A stretch of 64,000 nucleotides of DNA from an uncultured Candidatus Rokubacteria bacterium (GTDB lineage Bacteria > Methylomirabilota > Methylomirabilia > Rokubacteriales > DASRDR01), in NCBI GenBank assembly GCA_963826115.1, contig CAWGVS010000012.1, forward strand, positions 816,118-880,117. The letters run 5' to 3'. The translations under genes and the position numbers were made by a program. Positions 43,853 through 53,160 of the stretch are shown here, piece by piece. The notes below the pieces were generated by a model. The model ran no database searches, was not told the DNA's origin, and was given only the letters and a program-made list of their open reading frames with translations. Every line of letters starts with the position of its first letter. Positions within the stretch are counted from its first letter, which is position 1.

Positions 43853-44698
43853 ATGTCAATCGCCCGGCGTCACGTCGTGATTCATGGCCTCGTCCTGACG
43901 CTCGGGCTGTCGTGGGCCGTTTCGAGCCATCCCCAGACTCCCCCGCGCGTCGTCCGGGTGGCGCTCCTGCCGCAGTGGGTGATCCAGCAGCACGCGGCGC
44001 GGCCCCTCCTGGCCGAGGCCATCGCGGGCGGGGTCGTCGATCGGACCGTGTTCGCGTGGCAGCGCGGCGTGATCCAGCGTCAGGCGCTCGTGTCGAAGCC
44101 GATCCGCGTCGTGCCGGATCCGGCCCCCCTCGGAGGGCGAGGTCGGTTCGACGTCGTCGCCGTGCGTCCCCCGGCCGGCCGGGCGGCGTGGACCGAGATC
44201 GAGGTGAGCCCGGCGAGCGCGGGCCCGGACGACGTGCTCCTCCTCGAGATCGGTGGCGAGCGCAACACGATCACGCAGGTGCTCGAGACACTCATGCTCG
44301 CCGAGCCCGGCCGCCCGCTCGTCACGGTGCCGCTTGCGCGGCCGGCCCTCGTGACGGGCGCCGGCGTGCCGGTCGTCGCGGCGACCTTCGACGCGCCGCT
44401 TCCGCCCGCGATGGCCCAGCGGTTCCGCCCGGAGGCGGGCATCGACCTCCTGGTGGCCCGGAGCCCGCTCTGGGACGTGCGGAACGGGGACGTGACGTCG
44501 AGCGGCCGCGCCGACACCGTGCCGTTCAGCGGCGGCGACTGGCGGGAGGGCGACCGCGTGTTCCTGCGCATCCCCGCCGCCACGCTCGCGCAAGGCGCGC
44601 CCGGGATCGTGCTGGGGTGGAAGGACCGGACCCTCCAGAACGACCCGAATGCCGACTTCCCGCGCCGCTCCTCCCTGCCGTTGCCCGTCATCCGCTGA
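43853..44698 (+). CDS. Hypothetical exported protein
   Basis: 281-aa ORF with GC-typical codon use, SD GAGGGG and an N-terminal signal-like segment; no family recognised. Confidence 0.65.
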   Translation: MSIARRHVVIHGLVLTLGLSWAVSSHPQTPPRVVRVALLPQWVIQQHAARPLLAEAIAGGVVDRTVFAWQRGVIQRQALVSKPIRVVPDPAPLGGRGRFDVVAVRPPAGRAAWTEIEVSPASAGPDDVLLLEIGGERNTITQVLETLMLAEPGRPLVTVPLARPALVTGAGVPVVAATFDAPLPPAMAQRFRPEAGIDLLVARSPLWDVRNGDVTSSGRADTVPFSGGDWREGDRVFLRIPAATLAQGAPGIVLGWKDRTLQNDPNADFPRRSSLPLPVIR

Positions 44699-44745
44699 CC
44701 CGTGGCGATGCGGCGCGGGCGCGGGCCGGTCGCGAGGCGTCTCGC

Positions 44746-45744
44746 GTGAGCCTCGGCCTGGAGGGGACCCTCCGCGCGCGGCTCCTCGAGCTCGTCGGTG
44801 ACGCGCTCCAGGCCTGCGAGGCGGAGATCAATCGCGAGCTGGCCGACTCCCCGGTCCAGCTCGTCCGGGACCTCGGGGAGCACGTCGGGCTCGCCGGCGG
44901 GAAGCGCCTCCGGCCGATTCTGGTCCTCCTGAGCGGGGCGCTCGGCGCGGAGAAGAGCGCCCGCGCGGTGCGGCTCGGCTGCGTGGTCGAGCTCCTCCAC
45001 ACGGCGACGCTGATCCACGACGACGTGGTGGACGAGGCGCCGCTCCGGCGGGGCCGGCCGTCAGCCCACGCGCGCTTCGGGGTGGACGCGGCGGTGCTGG
45101 TGGGGGACCACTTCTACTCGCGCTGCATGGCGCTCCTCGTGCGGGACGGCGATCTGCGGGTGATGGAGTCCCTGGCCGCCGCGATGGTCTCGATGACCGA
45201 GGCGGAGGTCTTCCAGCTCGAGAAGAAGCGCGCGGGGGAGCTGTCGGAGACCGACTACCTCCGGATCATCCGCCAGAAGACGGCGACGTTCATGTCGGCG
45301 TGCTGCCGGATCGGCGGGATCGCCGGCGGGCTCGAGGCCGACGCCGTCGAGGCGCTGGCGACGTACGGGGAACGGCTCGGCATCGCGTTCCAGATCATCG
45401 ACGACTCGCTGGACTTCGCCGCCGACCCGACGCGCCTGGGGAAGGCCATCGGGCACGACCTCCTCGAGGGAAAGCGCACGCTTCCCCTCATCGTCACCCT
45501 CGACCGGGCCACGGACGAGGAGCGGACGCGCATCCTGGAAGCGCTCGGGCGCCCCGGTCTCCAGGACGCGGACGTCGCCGAGGTCCACCGGCTCGTCAAG
45601 GTCTACGACGGCGTCGGCTACTCCGTGGCGCGCGCGTCGGCGTACGCGGAGGCCGGCGTGGCCGCGCTCCAGCGGTTCCCGGACTCGCCCGCCCGCCAGA
45701 TCCTGACCCTCATCGGCGACTACGTGATCCATCGGGACCGATGA
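44746..45744 (+). CDS. Long-chain polyprenyl diphosphate synthase (IspB-like)
   Basis: GGKRLRP, FARM ATLIHDDVVD (small Ala at -5, long-chain type), RRG, KTA, SARM FQIIDDSLD. Confidence 0.92.
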   Translation: MSLGLEGTLRARLLELVGDALQACEAEINRELADSPVQLVRDLGEHVGLAGGKRLRPILVLLSGALGAEKSARAVRLGCVVELLHTATLIHDDVVDEAPLRRGRPSAHARFGVDAAVLVGDHFYSRCMALLVRDGDLRVMESLAAAMVSMTEAEVFQLEKKRAGELSETDYLRIIRQKTATFMSACCRIGGIAGGLEADAVEALATYGERLGIAFQIIDDSLDFAADPTRLGKAIGHDLLEGKRTLPLIVTLDRATDEERTRILEALGRPGLQDADVAEVHRLVKVYDGVGYSVARASAYAEAGVAALQRFPDSPARQILTLIGDYVIHRDR

Positions 45745-46754
45745 GGCGGCGGGGGCCGCGCCCGCGCGGCCCAAGTCGCGTCGTCACCCTGCTCACCGAC
45801 TTCGGCCTCGACGACGCGTACGTCGGGACCGTGAAGGGCGTCCTCCTCGGCATCAACCCCCGGGCGCGGCTCGTCGATCTCGCCCACACCATCCCGCCGC
45901 AGGACGTCCGGCGGGCGACGCTCCTGCTCGAGACGGCCTGGCGGTTCTTCCCCCGGGGTACGGTGCACCTGGCGGTCGTGGATCCTGGCGTCGGCAGCGC
46001 CCGCCGCCCGATCGCGGTGGCGGCGGGCGGTCACTACTTCGTCGGTCCGGACAACGGGCTCCTCGGCTTCTGCTTCGACCTGCCGGGCGCGCGCGGGGTG
46101 GCGCTGACGGCGACGCGGTATCACCGGCGGCCGGTGAGCCGGACGTTCCACGGGCGGGACATCTTCGCGCCCGCGGCGGCCCACCTGTCGCGCGGGGTCG
46201 AGCTGACGGCCCTCGGGCGCCCGATCGGGCGGCCGGCGCGCCTGTCGGCGCCGGCGCCCCGGCGGCGCGCGGGCCGGGTCGAGGGAGAGGTCCTGCTCGC
46301 CGACCGCTTCGGCAACCTCCTGACGAACCTCGAGGGCCGCGCGCTCCCCGGCCCCGCCGCGCGCGGCGTCCTGCGGATCGGCGGCGCGCGCGTGCGCGGG
46401 CTGGTGGGGACCTACGCGGAGCGGCCCCGGCACGCGCTCGGGGCCGCGGTCGACAGCTCCGGGCGCGTCGAGGTCTTCGTGCGGGAGGGGAGCGCGCGCC
46501 GGCGGCTCGGGGTCGGGCCGGGCGCGCCGGTCAGCTGGACGGCGTTGAGGACGGCGTCGAGGCCGGCTTCTCGGCCGGTTTCGCGGCCGCCCCGTCGCTC
46601 GAGCTCGACGATGAGGTCGTCGAGGCGGCCGTCGTCGACGAGGTCGACGAAGTCGTCGAGGCCGGCTCGCTCGACTTCTTCTCGGCCTCCATCCCCTTCT
46701 TCCGGCCCGCGGAGGGGTAGTCGGTCACGTACCAGCCCCCGCCCTTCAGGATGA
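45741..46754 (+). CDS. SAM hydroxide adenosyltransferase (DUF62, chlorinase/fluorinase superfamily)
   Basis: LLTDFG, HLAVVDPGVG..RR, GPDNG, TFHGRDIFAP, DRFGN. Conserved part ends near 46545; the tail overlaps the FmdB gene. Confidence 0.88.
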   Translation: MRRRGPRPRGPSRVVTLLTDFGLDDAYVGTVKGVLLGINPRARLVDLAHTIPPQDVRRATLLLETAWRFFPRGTVHLAVVDPGVGSARRPIAVAAGGHYFVGPDNGLLGFCFDLPGARGVALTATRYHRRPVSRTFHGRDIFAPAAAHLSRGVELTALGRPIGRPARLSAPAPRRRAGRVEGEVLLADRFGNLLTNLEGRALPGPAARGVLRIGGARVRGLVGTYAERPRHALGAAVDSSGRVEVFVREGSARRRLGVGPGAPVSWTALRTASRPASRPVSRPPRRSSSTMRSSRRPSSTRSTKSSRPARSTSSRPPSPSSGPRRGSRSRTSPRPSG

Positions 46755-46887
46755 ACGGGGCGGCGGACAGGAGGCGGCGGATCGGCCCGCCGCAGCGATC
46801 GCAGGCCGTGAGCGGCGCTTCCGAGATCCGCTGCCGGACCTCGAACGTGCGCTCGCACCGGTCGCACCGGTAGTCGTAGGTGGGCAC
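46531..46887 (-). CDS. FmdB-family zinc-ribbon protein
   Basis: PTYDYRCDRC...FE...CDRCG...KGGGWYVTDY with a Ser/Thr-rich tail; SD GGAGGG. Confidence 0.9.
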   Translation of the reverse strand: MPTYDYRCDRCERTFEVRQRISEAPLTACDRCGGPIRRLLSAAPFILKGGGWYVTDYPSAGRKKGMEAEKKSSEPASTTSSTSSTTAASTTSSSSSSDGAAAKPAEKPASTPSSTPSS

Positions 46888-47112
46888 TGCGGTTCCCTCC
46901 AACAAAAAGGGCGCGGTCCCGCGCCCTGCTCAGCTCGGGCGCCGGCCGGCGCCGTCGTATCGGCGAGTATAGCACTCGACTCGCGCGGCTGCCAGGCACC
47001 GGGCCGCGCGGCGCCTTTTCGATTGCGGGCGTGCACCCCCCCCTGCTACCATTTCGCTTTGTTCACGGGCCTTTTCCCGACTGGTCGTCCACGGATTCTC
47101 CGGAGGGACCGC

Positions 47113-47622
47113 ATGCTCCGCGCGTACCAGGGCAAGACACCGCGCGTCCACGAAACGGCGTTCGTGGAGGACAGCGCCCACGTCATCGGCGACGTGGAGC
47201 TGGGGGCCCACTCGAGCATCTGGTTCCAGTGCGTCGTCCGGGCGGACGTCAACTACATCCGGATCGGCCATCACACCAACGTCCAGGACGGCAGCGTGAT
47301 CCACGTGAACCGCGGCGATCCCGTGGAGATCGGGGACCACGTGACGCTCGGGCACGCCGTCCGGCTCCACGGCGCCCGCGTGGGCTCCCACTGCCTGATC
47401 GCCATCGGGGCCATCGTGCTGGACGGCGTCGTCATGGAGGAGGAGTCCATCGTCGCCGCGGGAGCGCTGGTGGCGCCCGGGACGCGCATCCTCCGGCGCA
47501 CGCTCATGATGGGCAGTCCCGCCAAGCCGCGCCGGGCGCTGACCGACGCGGACCTGGACATGATCCACCGCCCGACCAACAACTACGTCCAGCTGATGGA
47601 GCGGTACCGCGATGGCGTCTAG
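47113..47622 (+). CDS. Gamma-class carbonic anhydrase family protein (YrdA-like)
   Basis: Hexapeptide repeats; VRAD.N.IRIG..TNVQD..VIH, GH...LHG zinc ligands. Confidence 0.92.
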   Translation: MLRAYQGKTPRVHETAFVEDSAHVIGDVELGAHSSIWFQCVVRADVNYIRIGHHTNVQDGSVIHVNRGDPVEIGDHVTLGHAVRLHGARVGSHCLIAIGAIVLDGVVMEEESIVAAGALVAPGTRILRRTLMMGSPAKPRRALTDADLDMIHRPTNNYVQLMERYRDGV

Positions 47623-48931
47623 GCTGCCGACCGAGCCGCCGCGTGGCATGCGGGACATCCTGCCCGCCGAGGCGGAGCTCCGCGACTGGGCGGCCAGCAC
47701 GATCCTGACCGTCTACCGCCGACACGGGTTCCGGCGGATCGAGACGCCGGCCCTGGAGAGCCTCGCCCTCCTGACCGGCGGCGGCGGCGGCGAGAACGAG
47801 AAGCTCATCTTCAAGGTGCTGAAGCGCGGCGAGAAGCTCGACCTGGGGGCGGCCGCGACCGAGGCGGAGCTGGCCGACCTGGGCCTGCGCTTCGACCTCA
47901 CCGTGCCCCTCGCCCGCTACTACGCCCACAACCAGGGCAAGCTGCCCGAGCCCCTCCGGGCGGTGCAGATCGGTCCGGTCTGGCGGGCCGAGCGGCCCCA
48001 GCGGGGCCGGTACCGCCAGTTCACCCAGTGCGACATCGACATCCTCGGCGTCGCGTCGGAGATCGCCGAGATCGAGCTGATCCTCGCCACGACGGAGGCC
48101 CTGGGCGCGCTCGGGCTCGACGGCCTGACGGTGCACGTCAACGACCGCCGCGTGCTCGGCGCGATGGCCCGCTGGTGCGGCTTCCCGCCGGAGCGTCACG
48201 CGAGCGTCTTCATCACGCTCGACAAGTGGGACAAGCTCACGCCGGCCGAGATCGAGCGGGAGCTCACGGAGGCCGGGCATCCCGCGGCCGCCATCGCGCG
48301 CATGATGGACGTCTACGCGAAGGCGGCGGTGTCGCCCAGCGTGGAGGGCATGGGGCGGCAGCTGGGCGACCCGGACGCCGGCGGGGGCTTCGCCGCGCTC
48401 TCGCGCGTCATCGAGTCGGTCGGCGCGGCCGCCGGCGACCGGTTCCGCATCGCCTTCGACCCGACCCTCGTCCGGGGCATGGGCTACTACACCGGGCCGA
48501 TCTTCGAGATCCGCTCGGCGAGCTTCGCCGCGGGCTCCATCGCGGGCGGCGGGCGCTACGATGGCATGATCGGGCGCCTGCTGGGGCGCGACGTGCCGGC
48601 GACCGGGTTCTCGATCGGGTTCGAGCGCGTGGTCGACATCCTCAGCAAGGTGCCAGGCCGGAGCGAGCGGGACGAGAAGCGGGTGGCCTTGCTGTTCGAT
48701 GAATCGACGCAGACGCTGGCCGACGTGCTTCGAGAGGCCCACAGTCTTCGGGAGCGGGGGTTGTTCGTAGCGCTCGAGCGCCGCACGCGAAACCTTGGAG
48801 CGCAGCGGGCGGCTCTCGAGCGGCAGGGGTACGATGGCGCCGCGACGATCAGTCCTGAGGGCCTGGTGAACGTGGATTGGTTTGCCGATCGCGCGTTGCG
48901 TCTACAGGCCGAGAAGCGAGAGCGAGAATGA
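47612..48931 (+). CDS. hisS: Histidine--tRNA ligase
   Basis: PRGMRD, LRFDLTVP, WRAERPQRGRYRQF, LVRGMGYYTG, GGGRYD, GFERV. Confidence 0.95.
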   Translation: MASRLPTEPPRGMRDILPAEAELRDWAASTILTVYRRHGFRRIETPALESLALLTGGGGGENEKLIFKVLKRGEKLDLGAAATEAELADLGLRFDLTVPLARYYAHNQGKLPEPLRAVQIGPVWRAERPQRGRYRQFTQCDIDILGVASEIAEIELILATTEALGALGLDGLTVHVNDRRVLGAMARWCGFPPERHASVFITLDKWDKLTPAEIERELTEAGHPAAAIARMMDVYAKAAVSPSVEGMGRQLGDPDAGGGFAALSRVIESVGAAAGDRFRIAFDPTLVRGMGYYTGPIFEIRSASFAAGSIAGGGRYDGMIGRLLGRDVPATGFSIGFERVVDILSKVPGRSERDEKRVALLFDESTQTLADVLREAHSLRERGLFVALERRTRNLGAQRAALERQGYDGAATISPEGLVNVDWFADRALRLQAEKRERE

Positions 48932-50754
48932 CGGAGTCCGTCGGAGGGATGCGCCGCACCCACACCTGCGGCGCCTTGCGGGCGGGGCACGCCGGACAGA
49001 CCGTGACGCTGATGGGCTGGGCGTCGCGCCGGCGGGATCACGGGGGCCTGATCTTCGTGGACCTCCGGGACCGCGAGGGGCTCACGCAGCTCGTGTTCAA
49101 CCCGGCGAACGACCCCGCCGCCCACGAGGCGGCCGGACGGATCCGCGTCGAGTTCGTCCTCGCCGTCGAGGGGACCGTCGGGCGCCGGCCGCCGGGTACC
49201 GTGAACGCGAACCTCGCCACCGGGGAGATCGAGGTCTCGGTCCAGCGGCTCCGCATCCTGAACGAGTCGAAGCCGCTCCCGTTCCAGCTCGACGAGTCGC
49301 AGGAGACCGTCGAGCCGCTCCGGCTCAAGTACCGCTACCTCGACCTCCGCCGGCCGGCCATGCTGGGGCACCTCCTCCTGCGGGACCAGGTGTGCCGCGC
49401 CACGCGCGACTACCTTCACGGCCAGGGCTTCGTCGAGGTCGAGACGCCGATGCTGACGCGCTCGACGCCGGAGGGTGCGCGGGACTTCCTCGTGCCGAGC
49501 CGCCTCGCGCTCGGGTCCTTCTATGCCTTGCCGCAGTCGCCTCAGCTCTTCAAGCAGATCCTGATGGTCGGCGGGCTCGAGCGCTACTTCCAGATCGTCC
49601 GCTGCTTCCGCGACGAGGATCTCCGCGCGGACCGGCAGCCGGAGTTCACCCAGATCGACATCGAGACGAGCTTCCTCGACCGGGACGACTTCCTGCCGAT
49701 CATGGAAGGGCTCGTGGCGGAGATCTTCCGCCGGGCGAAGGGCCTCGACCTCGCGCGGCCGTTCCGGCGCCTCACGTGGGACGACGCGATCCGCCGGTAC
49801 GGCTCGGACAAGCCCGATGTCCGGTTCGGGCTCGAGCTCACGGACTGCTCCGAGCTGTTCCGCGAGAGCGCGTTCCAGGTGTTCGCTCAGGCGGTGGCCC
49901 AGGGCGGCGCGGTGCAGGCGCTCACCGTGCCGGGCGCCGCGTTCTCGCGCAAGGACCTGGACGACCTCGTCGAGCGCGCCAAGGGCGCGGGCGCGAAGGG
50001 CCTCGTGTGGGTCCGCGTCGGCGAGGGCACCATCCAGAGCCCGGCGGGGCGGCACCTCGAGGCGGGGCGGGAAGCCCTCCTCGCCCGGACGGGCGCGCGG
50101 CCCGGGGACCTCGTCCTGCTGGTCGCCGACCGCATGCCCCTCGCCGCCACCGTGCTCGGGCGCCTTCGCGTCGAGCTCGCGCAGCGCCTGGGGCTCATCC
50201 CCGCCGGAGCGTACGAGCTCCTGTGGGTCGTCGACTTCCCGCTCGTCGAGTGGAACGAGGAGGAGCGCCGCTGGGACGCGATGCACCATCCCTTCACGGC
50301 CCCCCGGGACGCCGACGCCGAGGCGGGCCTGGCGGACCCGGGCGCCGCGCGGGCCAAGGCCTACGATCTCGTCCTCAACGGCCAGGAGATCGGCGGCGGC
50401 TCGATCCGCATCCACTCGCGGGCGCTCCAGCAGCGGGTCTTCGAGCTCCTCGGGATCGGCGAGGCCGAAGCGCGCGCGAAGTTCGGGTTCCTCCTGGAGG
50501 CGCTCGAGTTCGGCGCCCCGCCGATGGGCGGCATCGCCTTCGGCCTGGACCGGATCGTCGCCATCCTGGCCGGCGTGGAGTCCATCCGGGAGGTCATCGC
50601 ATTCCCGAAGACCCAGAGGGGCACGTGCCCCCTCACGGACGCGCCGACGCCGGTGGCCCCCCAGCAGCTCAGGGACCTCGGGGTCGCGGTCCTGGCGCCG
50701 CCTGCCGGGGCCGAGTCCGGGGGCGGCGGGCGTCTCCCGAGCGCGGACGGATGA
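48928..50754 (+). CDS. aspS: Aspartate--tRNA ligase (likely non-discriminating)
   Basis: RTHTCG.L, RRRDHGGLIFVDLRD, YRYLDLRR, LPQSPQLFKQ, HHPFT, GLDR, FPKT. Confidence 0.96.
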   Translation: MTESVGGMRRTHTCGALRAGHAGQTVTLMGWASRRRDHGGLIFVDLRDREGLTQLVFNPANDPAAHEAAGRIRVEFVLAVEGTVGRRPPGTVNANLATGEIEVSVQRLRILNESKPLPFQLDESQETVEPLRLKYRYLDLRRPAMLGHLLLRDQVCRATRDYLHGQGFVEVETPMLTRSTPEGARDFLVPSRLALGSFYALPQSPQLFKQILMVGGLERYFQIVRCFRDEDLRADRQPEFTQIDIETSFLDRDDFLPIMEGLVAEIFRRAKGLDLARPFRRLTWDDAIRRYGSDKPDVRFGLELTDCSELFRESAFQVFAQAVAQGGAVQALTVPGAAFSRKDLDDLVERAKGAGAKGLVWVRVGEGTIQSPAGRHLEAGREALLARTGARPGDLVLLVADRMPLAATVLGRLRVELAQRLGLIPAGAYELLWVVDFPLVEWNEEERRWDAMHHPFTAPRDADAEAGLADPGAARAKAYDLVLNGQEIGGGSIRIHSRALQQRVFELLGIGEAEARAKFGFLLEALEFGAPPMGGIAFGLDRIVAILAGVESIREVIAFPKTQRGTCPLTDAPTPVAPQQLRDLGVAVLAPPAGAESGGGGRLPSADG

Positions 50755-50844
50755 CCCCGACTGACGGCGGGCCGGGCCGGAAATTGACACGATCCGCCGC
50801 GTATGGTACGCGAAGGGTTGTGAGGGAGGCCGAGAGCCCGCCGC

Positions 50845-51816
50845 GTGGCTGAACCCACCACCCAGCGCCTCACGCTCGCCCCCGAGGTCGACCTCGGGAC
50901 CCTTCTGGGACGGAACGACGAGAACCTGCGCCTGCTGGAGGCGGAGCTCGCGCTCCGGATCGTCGCCCGCGGCAACGAGATCACCCTTCGCGGGGACGAG
51001 CGGCAGGTCGCCCGCGGCGCGCGCATCGTGGAGGAGCTCCTGGCCCGCATCGGGGCCGGCCTCCCGGTCCAGGCGTCCGACGTGCGGGCGGCGTTGCGCG
51101 TCCTGGCCGACGACGCCGACGCCGACCTCAAGAGCATCTTCCTCGACGCCATCCAGGTGCCGTCGCGCAAGAAGCAGATCACGCCGAAGACCCTCAACCA
51201 GAAGCGCTACGTCGAGGCGATCCGCGGGCACGACATCGTGGTCGGGATCGGGCCCGCGGGGACGGGCAAGTCCTACCTCGCGATGGCCATGGCGGTCTCG
51301 GCTCTCACGCGGCGGGAGGTCGCGCGGATCATCCTGACGCGGCCGGCGGTCGAGGCGGGCGAGCGGCTCGGGTTCCTGCCGGGCGACATGTACGAGAAGG
51401 TGCACCCGTACCTCCGGCCACTCTACGACGCCCTCTACGACATGATGGAGCCGGAGAAGGCCGCGACCATGACCGAGCGCGGCGCCATCGAGATCGCGCC
51501 CCTCGCGTACATGCGCGGGCGTACCCTCAACGACGCGTTCATCGTGCTGGACGAGGCGCAGAACACGACGTCCGAGCAGATGAAGATGTTCCTGACACGG
51601 CTCGGGTTCAACTCGCGGATGGTGATCACGGGCGACATCACCCAGGTCGACCTGCCGTCGTCACGTCCCTCCGGGCTCATCGAGATCCAGTCGGTCCTCC
51701 AGCGCATCGCGGGCATCCGCTTCGTCTATTTCACCGAGAAGGACGTCGTGCGGCACGAGCTCGTGTCGGAGATCGTCCGGGCCTACGACGAGTGGAGTCG
51801 GCGGCGCGAGACGTGA
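50845..51816 (+). CDS. PhoH-family ATPase
   Basis: GPAGTGKS, RPAVEAGERLGFLPG, AYMRGRTL, DEAQN, DVVRH. Confidence 0.95.
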   Translation: MAEPTTQRLTLAPEVDLGTLLGRNDENLRLLEAELALRIVARGNEITLRGDERQVARGARIVEELLARIGAGLPVQASDVRAALRVLADDADADLKSIFLDAIQVPSRKKQITPKTLNQKRYVEAIRGHDIVVGIGPAGTGKSYLAMAMAVSALTRREVARIILTRPAVEAGERLGFLPGDMYEKVHPYLRPLYDALYDMMEPEKAATMTERGAIEIAPLAYMRGRTLNDAFIVLDEAQNTTSEQMKMFLTRLGFNSRMVITGDITQVDLPSSRPSGLIEIQSVLQRIAGIRFVYFTEKDVVRHELVSEIVRAYDEWSRRRET

Positions 51817-52253
51817 TCGTCGTCGCCAATCGGCAGTCCCTGCCCGTCGACCTCCGCCGCGTCCGCCGCACCGTCCGGACGGCGCTCCGCGCGCTCGGCG
51901 TGTGGGACCACGAGCTCAGCGTGACGCTGGTGGACGACCGGACGATCCGGGCGCTCAACGCCCGCTACCGGGGCGTGCGGCGTCGGACCGACGTCCTCGC
52001 CTTCCCGCTCGCGGGGCCCGCGGCCGTGGTGGGGGAAGCGATCATCTCGGTCGAGACGGCGCGGCGCCAGGCGCGGGCGCTCGGCCACTCGCTCCGCGAG
52101 GAGCTGGACCTCCTCTGCTGCCACGCGTGCCTCCACCTCGTCGGCTACGACGACCGCGCACCGCTGGAAGCGCGCCTGATGCACCTGCGCGAGATGGACC
52201 TCCTCGGGGGGCTTTATGAGCGACCGGCCGGAACCCTCCACGTCGGCGCCTGA
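51813..52253 (+). CDS. ybeY: rRNA maturation endoribonuclease YbeY
   Basis: LN.RYRG...TDVLAFP, HACLHLVGYDD; phoH-ybeY-era order. Confidence 0.88.
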   Translation: MIVVANRQSLPVDLRRVRRTVRTALRALGVWDHELSVTLVDDRTIRALNARYRGVRRRTDVLAFPLAGPAAVVGEAIISVETARRQARALGHSLREELDLLCCHACLHLVGYDDRAPLEARLMHLREMDLLGGLYERPAGTLHVGA

Positions 52254-53148
52254 GCACCGCGCCGGCTTCGCGAGCCTGATCGGGCGACCGAACGTCGGCA
52301 AGTCGACCCTGTTCAACCGCCTGCTCGGCCAGAAGCTGGCCATCATCTCGCCGAAGCCCCAGACCACGCGGAATCGGATCCGCGGCATCCGGACGCGCCC
52401 GGAGGGCCAGATCGTCTTCGTCGATACCCCGGGCCTTCATCCCCCCCGCGGGAAGCTCGGGCGGTTCCTGGCCTCGACGGTCGCGCAGGCCATCGAGGAG
52501 GTCGACGTCGTGATCCTGGTGGCCGACGCGACGGCGCCCGTGGCGCCGGCCGGCGACGAGGCGTTCGAGGCGCTCCGGTCCATCACCGCGCCCACGGTGC
52601 TGGCGCTGAACAAGGTCGACCTCGTGCCCGACAAGGCGCGCCTCCTCCCCCGGCTCGAGGCCTACGCCGCCCGGCACCCGTTCCGGGCGCTGGTGCCGAT
52701 CTCGGCCAAGAGCGGCAGCGGCGTGGACCGACTCGTGGCCGAGACGTTCGCGCTCCTGCCGCCCGGCCCGGCACTCTACCCGCCTGACACGGTGACCGAT
52801 CAGCCGGAGACGTTCTTCGTCGCCGAGACCATCCGAGAGAAGCTCTTCCTCGCGATGCGGCAGGAGGTGCCGTACGCCTGCGCCGTCCAGGCCGAGGACG
52901 TCGTCGAGCGCGGGCCGGACGCCCCGCTCTACATCCGGGCGGAGATCTTCGTCGAGCGGCCGTCCCAGAAGGGCATCGTCATCGGTGAGGGTGGGGCGAT
53001 GCTCAAGCGCGTCGGCCAGGCCGCGCGGCGGGAGCTCGAGGCGTTCTTCGGGGTGCGGGTGTTCCTGGAGCTGCGCGTCCGCGTCCGCCGGGACTGGCGC
53101 GAGGACGACCGGGTGCTGCGCGAGCTCGGCTACCAGCGGACCTCCTGA
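52216..53148 (+). CDS. era: GTPase Era
   Basis: GRPNVGKSTL, PQTTR, DTPG, NKVD, KH motif SQKGIVIG.GG. Confidence 0.96.
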   Translation: MSDRPEPSTSAPEHRAGFASLIGRPNVGKSTLFNRLLGQKLAIISPKPQTTRNRIRGIRTRPEGQIVFVDTPGLHPPRGKLGRFLASTVAQAIEEVDVVILVADATAPVAPAGDEAFEALRSITAPTVLALNKVDLVPDKARLLPRLEAYAARHPFRALVPISAKSGSGVDRLVAETFALLPPGPALYPPDTVTDQPETFFVAETIREKLFLAMRQEVPYACAVQAEDVVERGPDAPLYIRAEIFVERPSQKGIVIGEGGAMLKRVGQAARRELEAFFGVRVFLELRVRVRRDWREDDRVLRELGYQRTS

Positions 53149-53160
53149 GCCGAGGCCGAC

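Noticed and set aside
45741-46545. Possible fluorinase/chlorinase
   Set aside because: Retains the Asp (VVDPG), Arg and His (TFHG) triad of DUF62 SAM hydroxide adenosyltransferases, and there is no biosynthetic cluster context.
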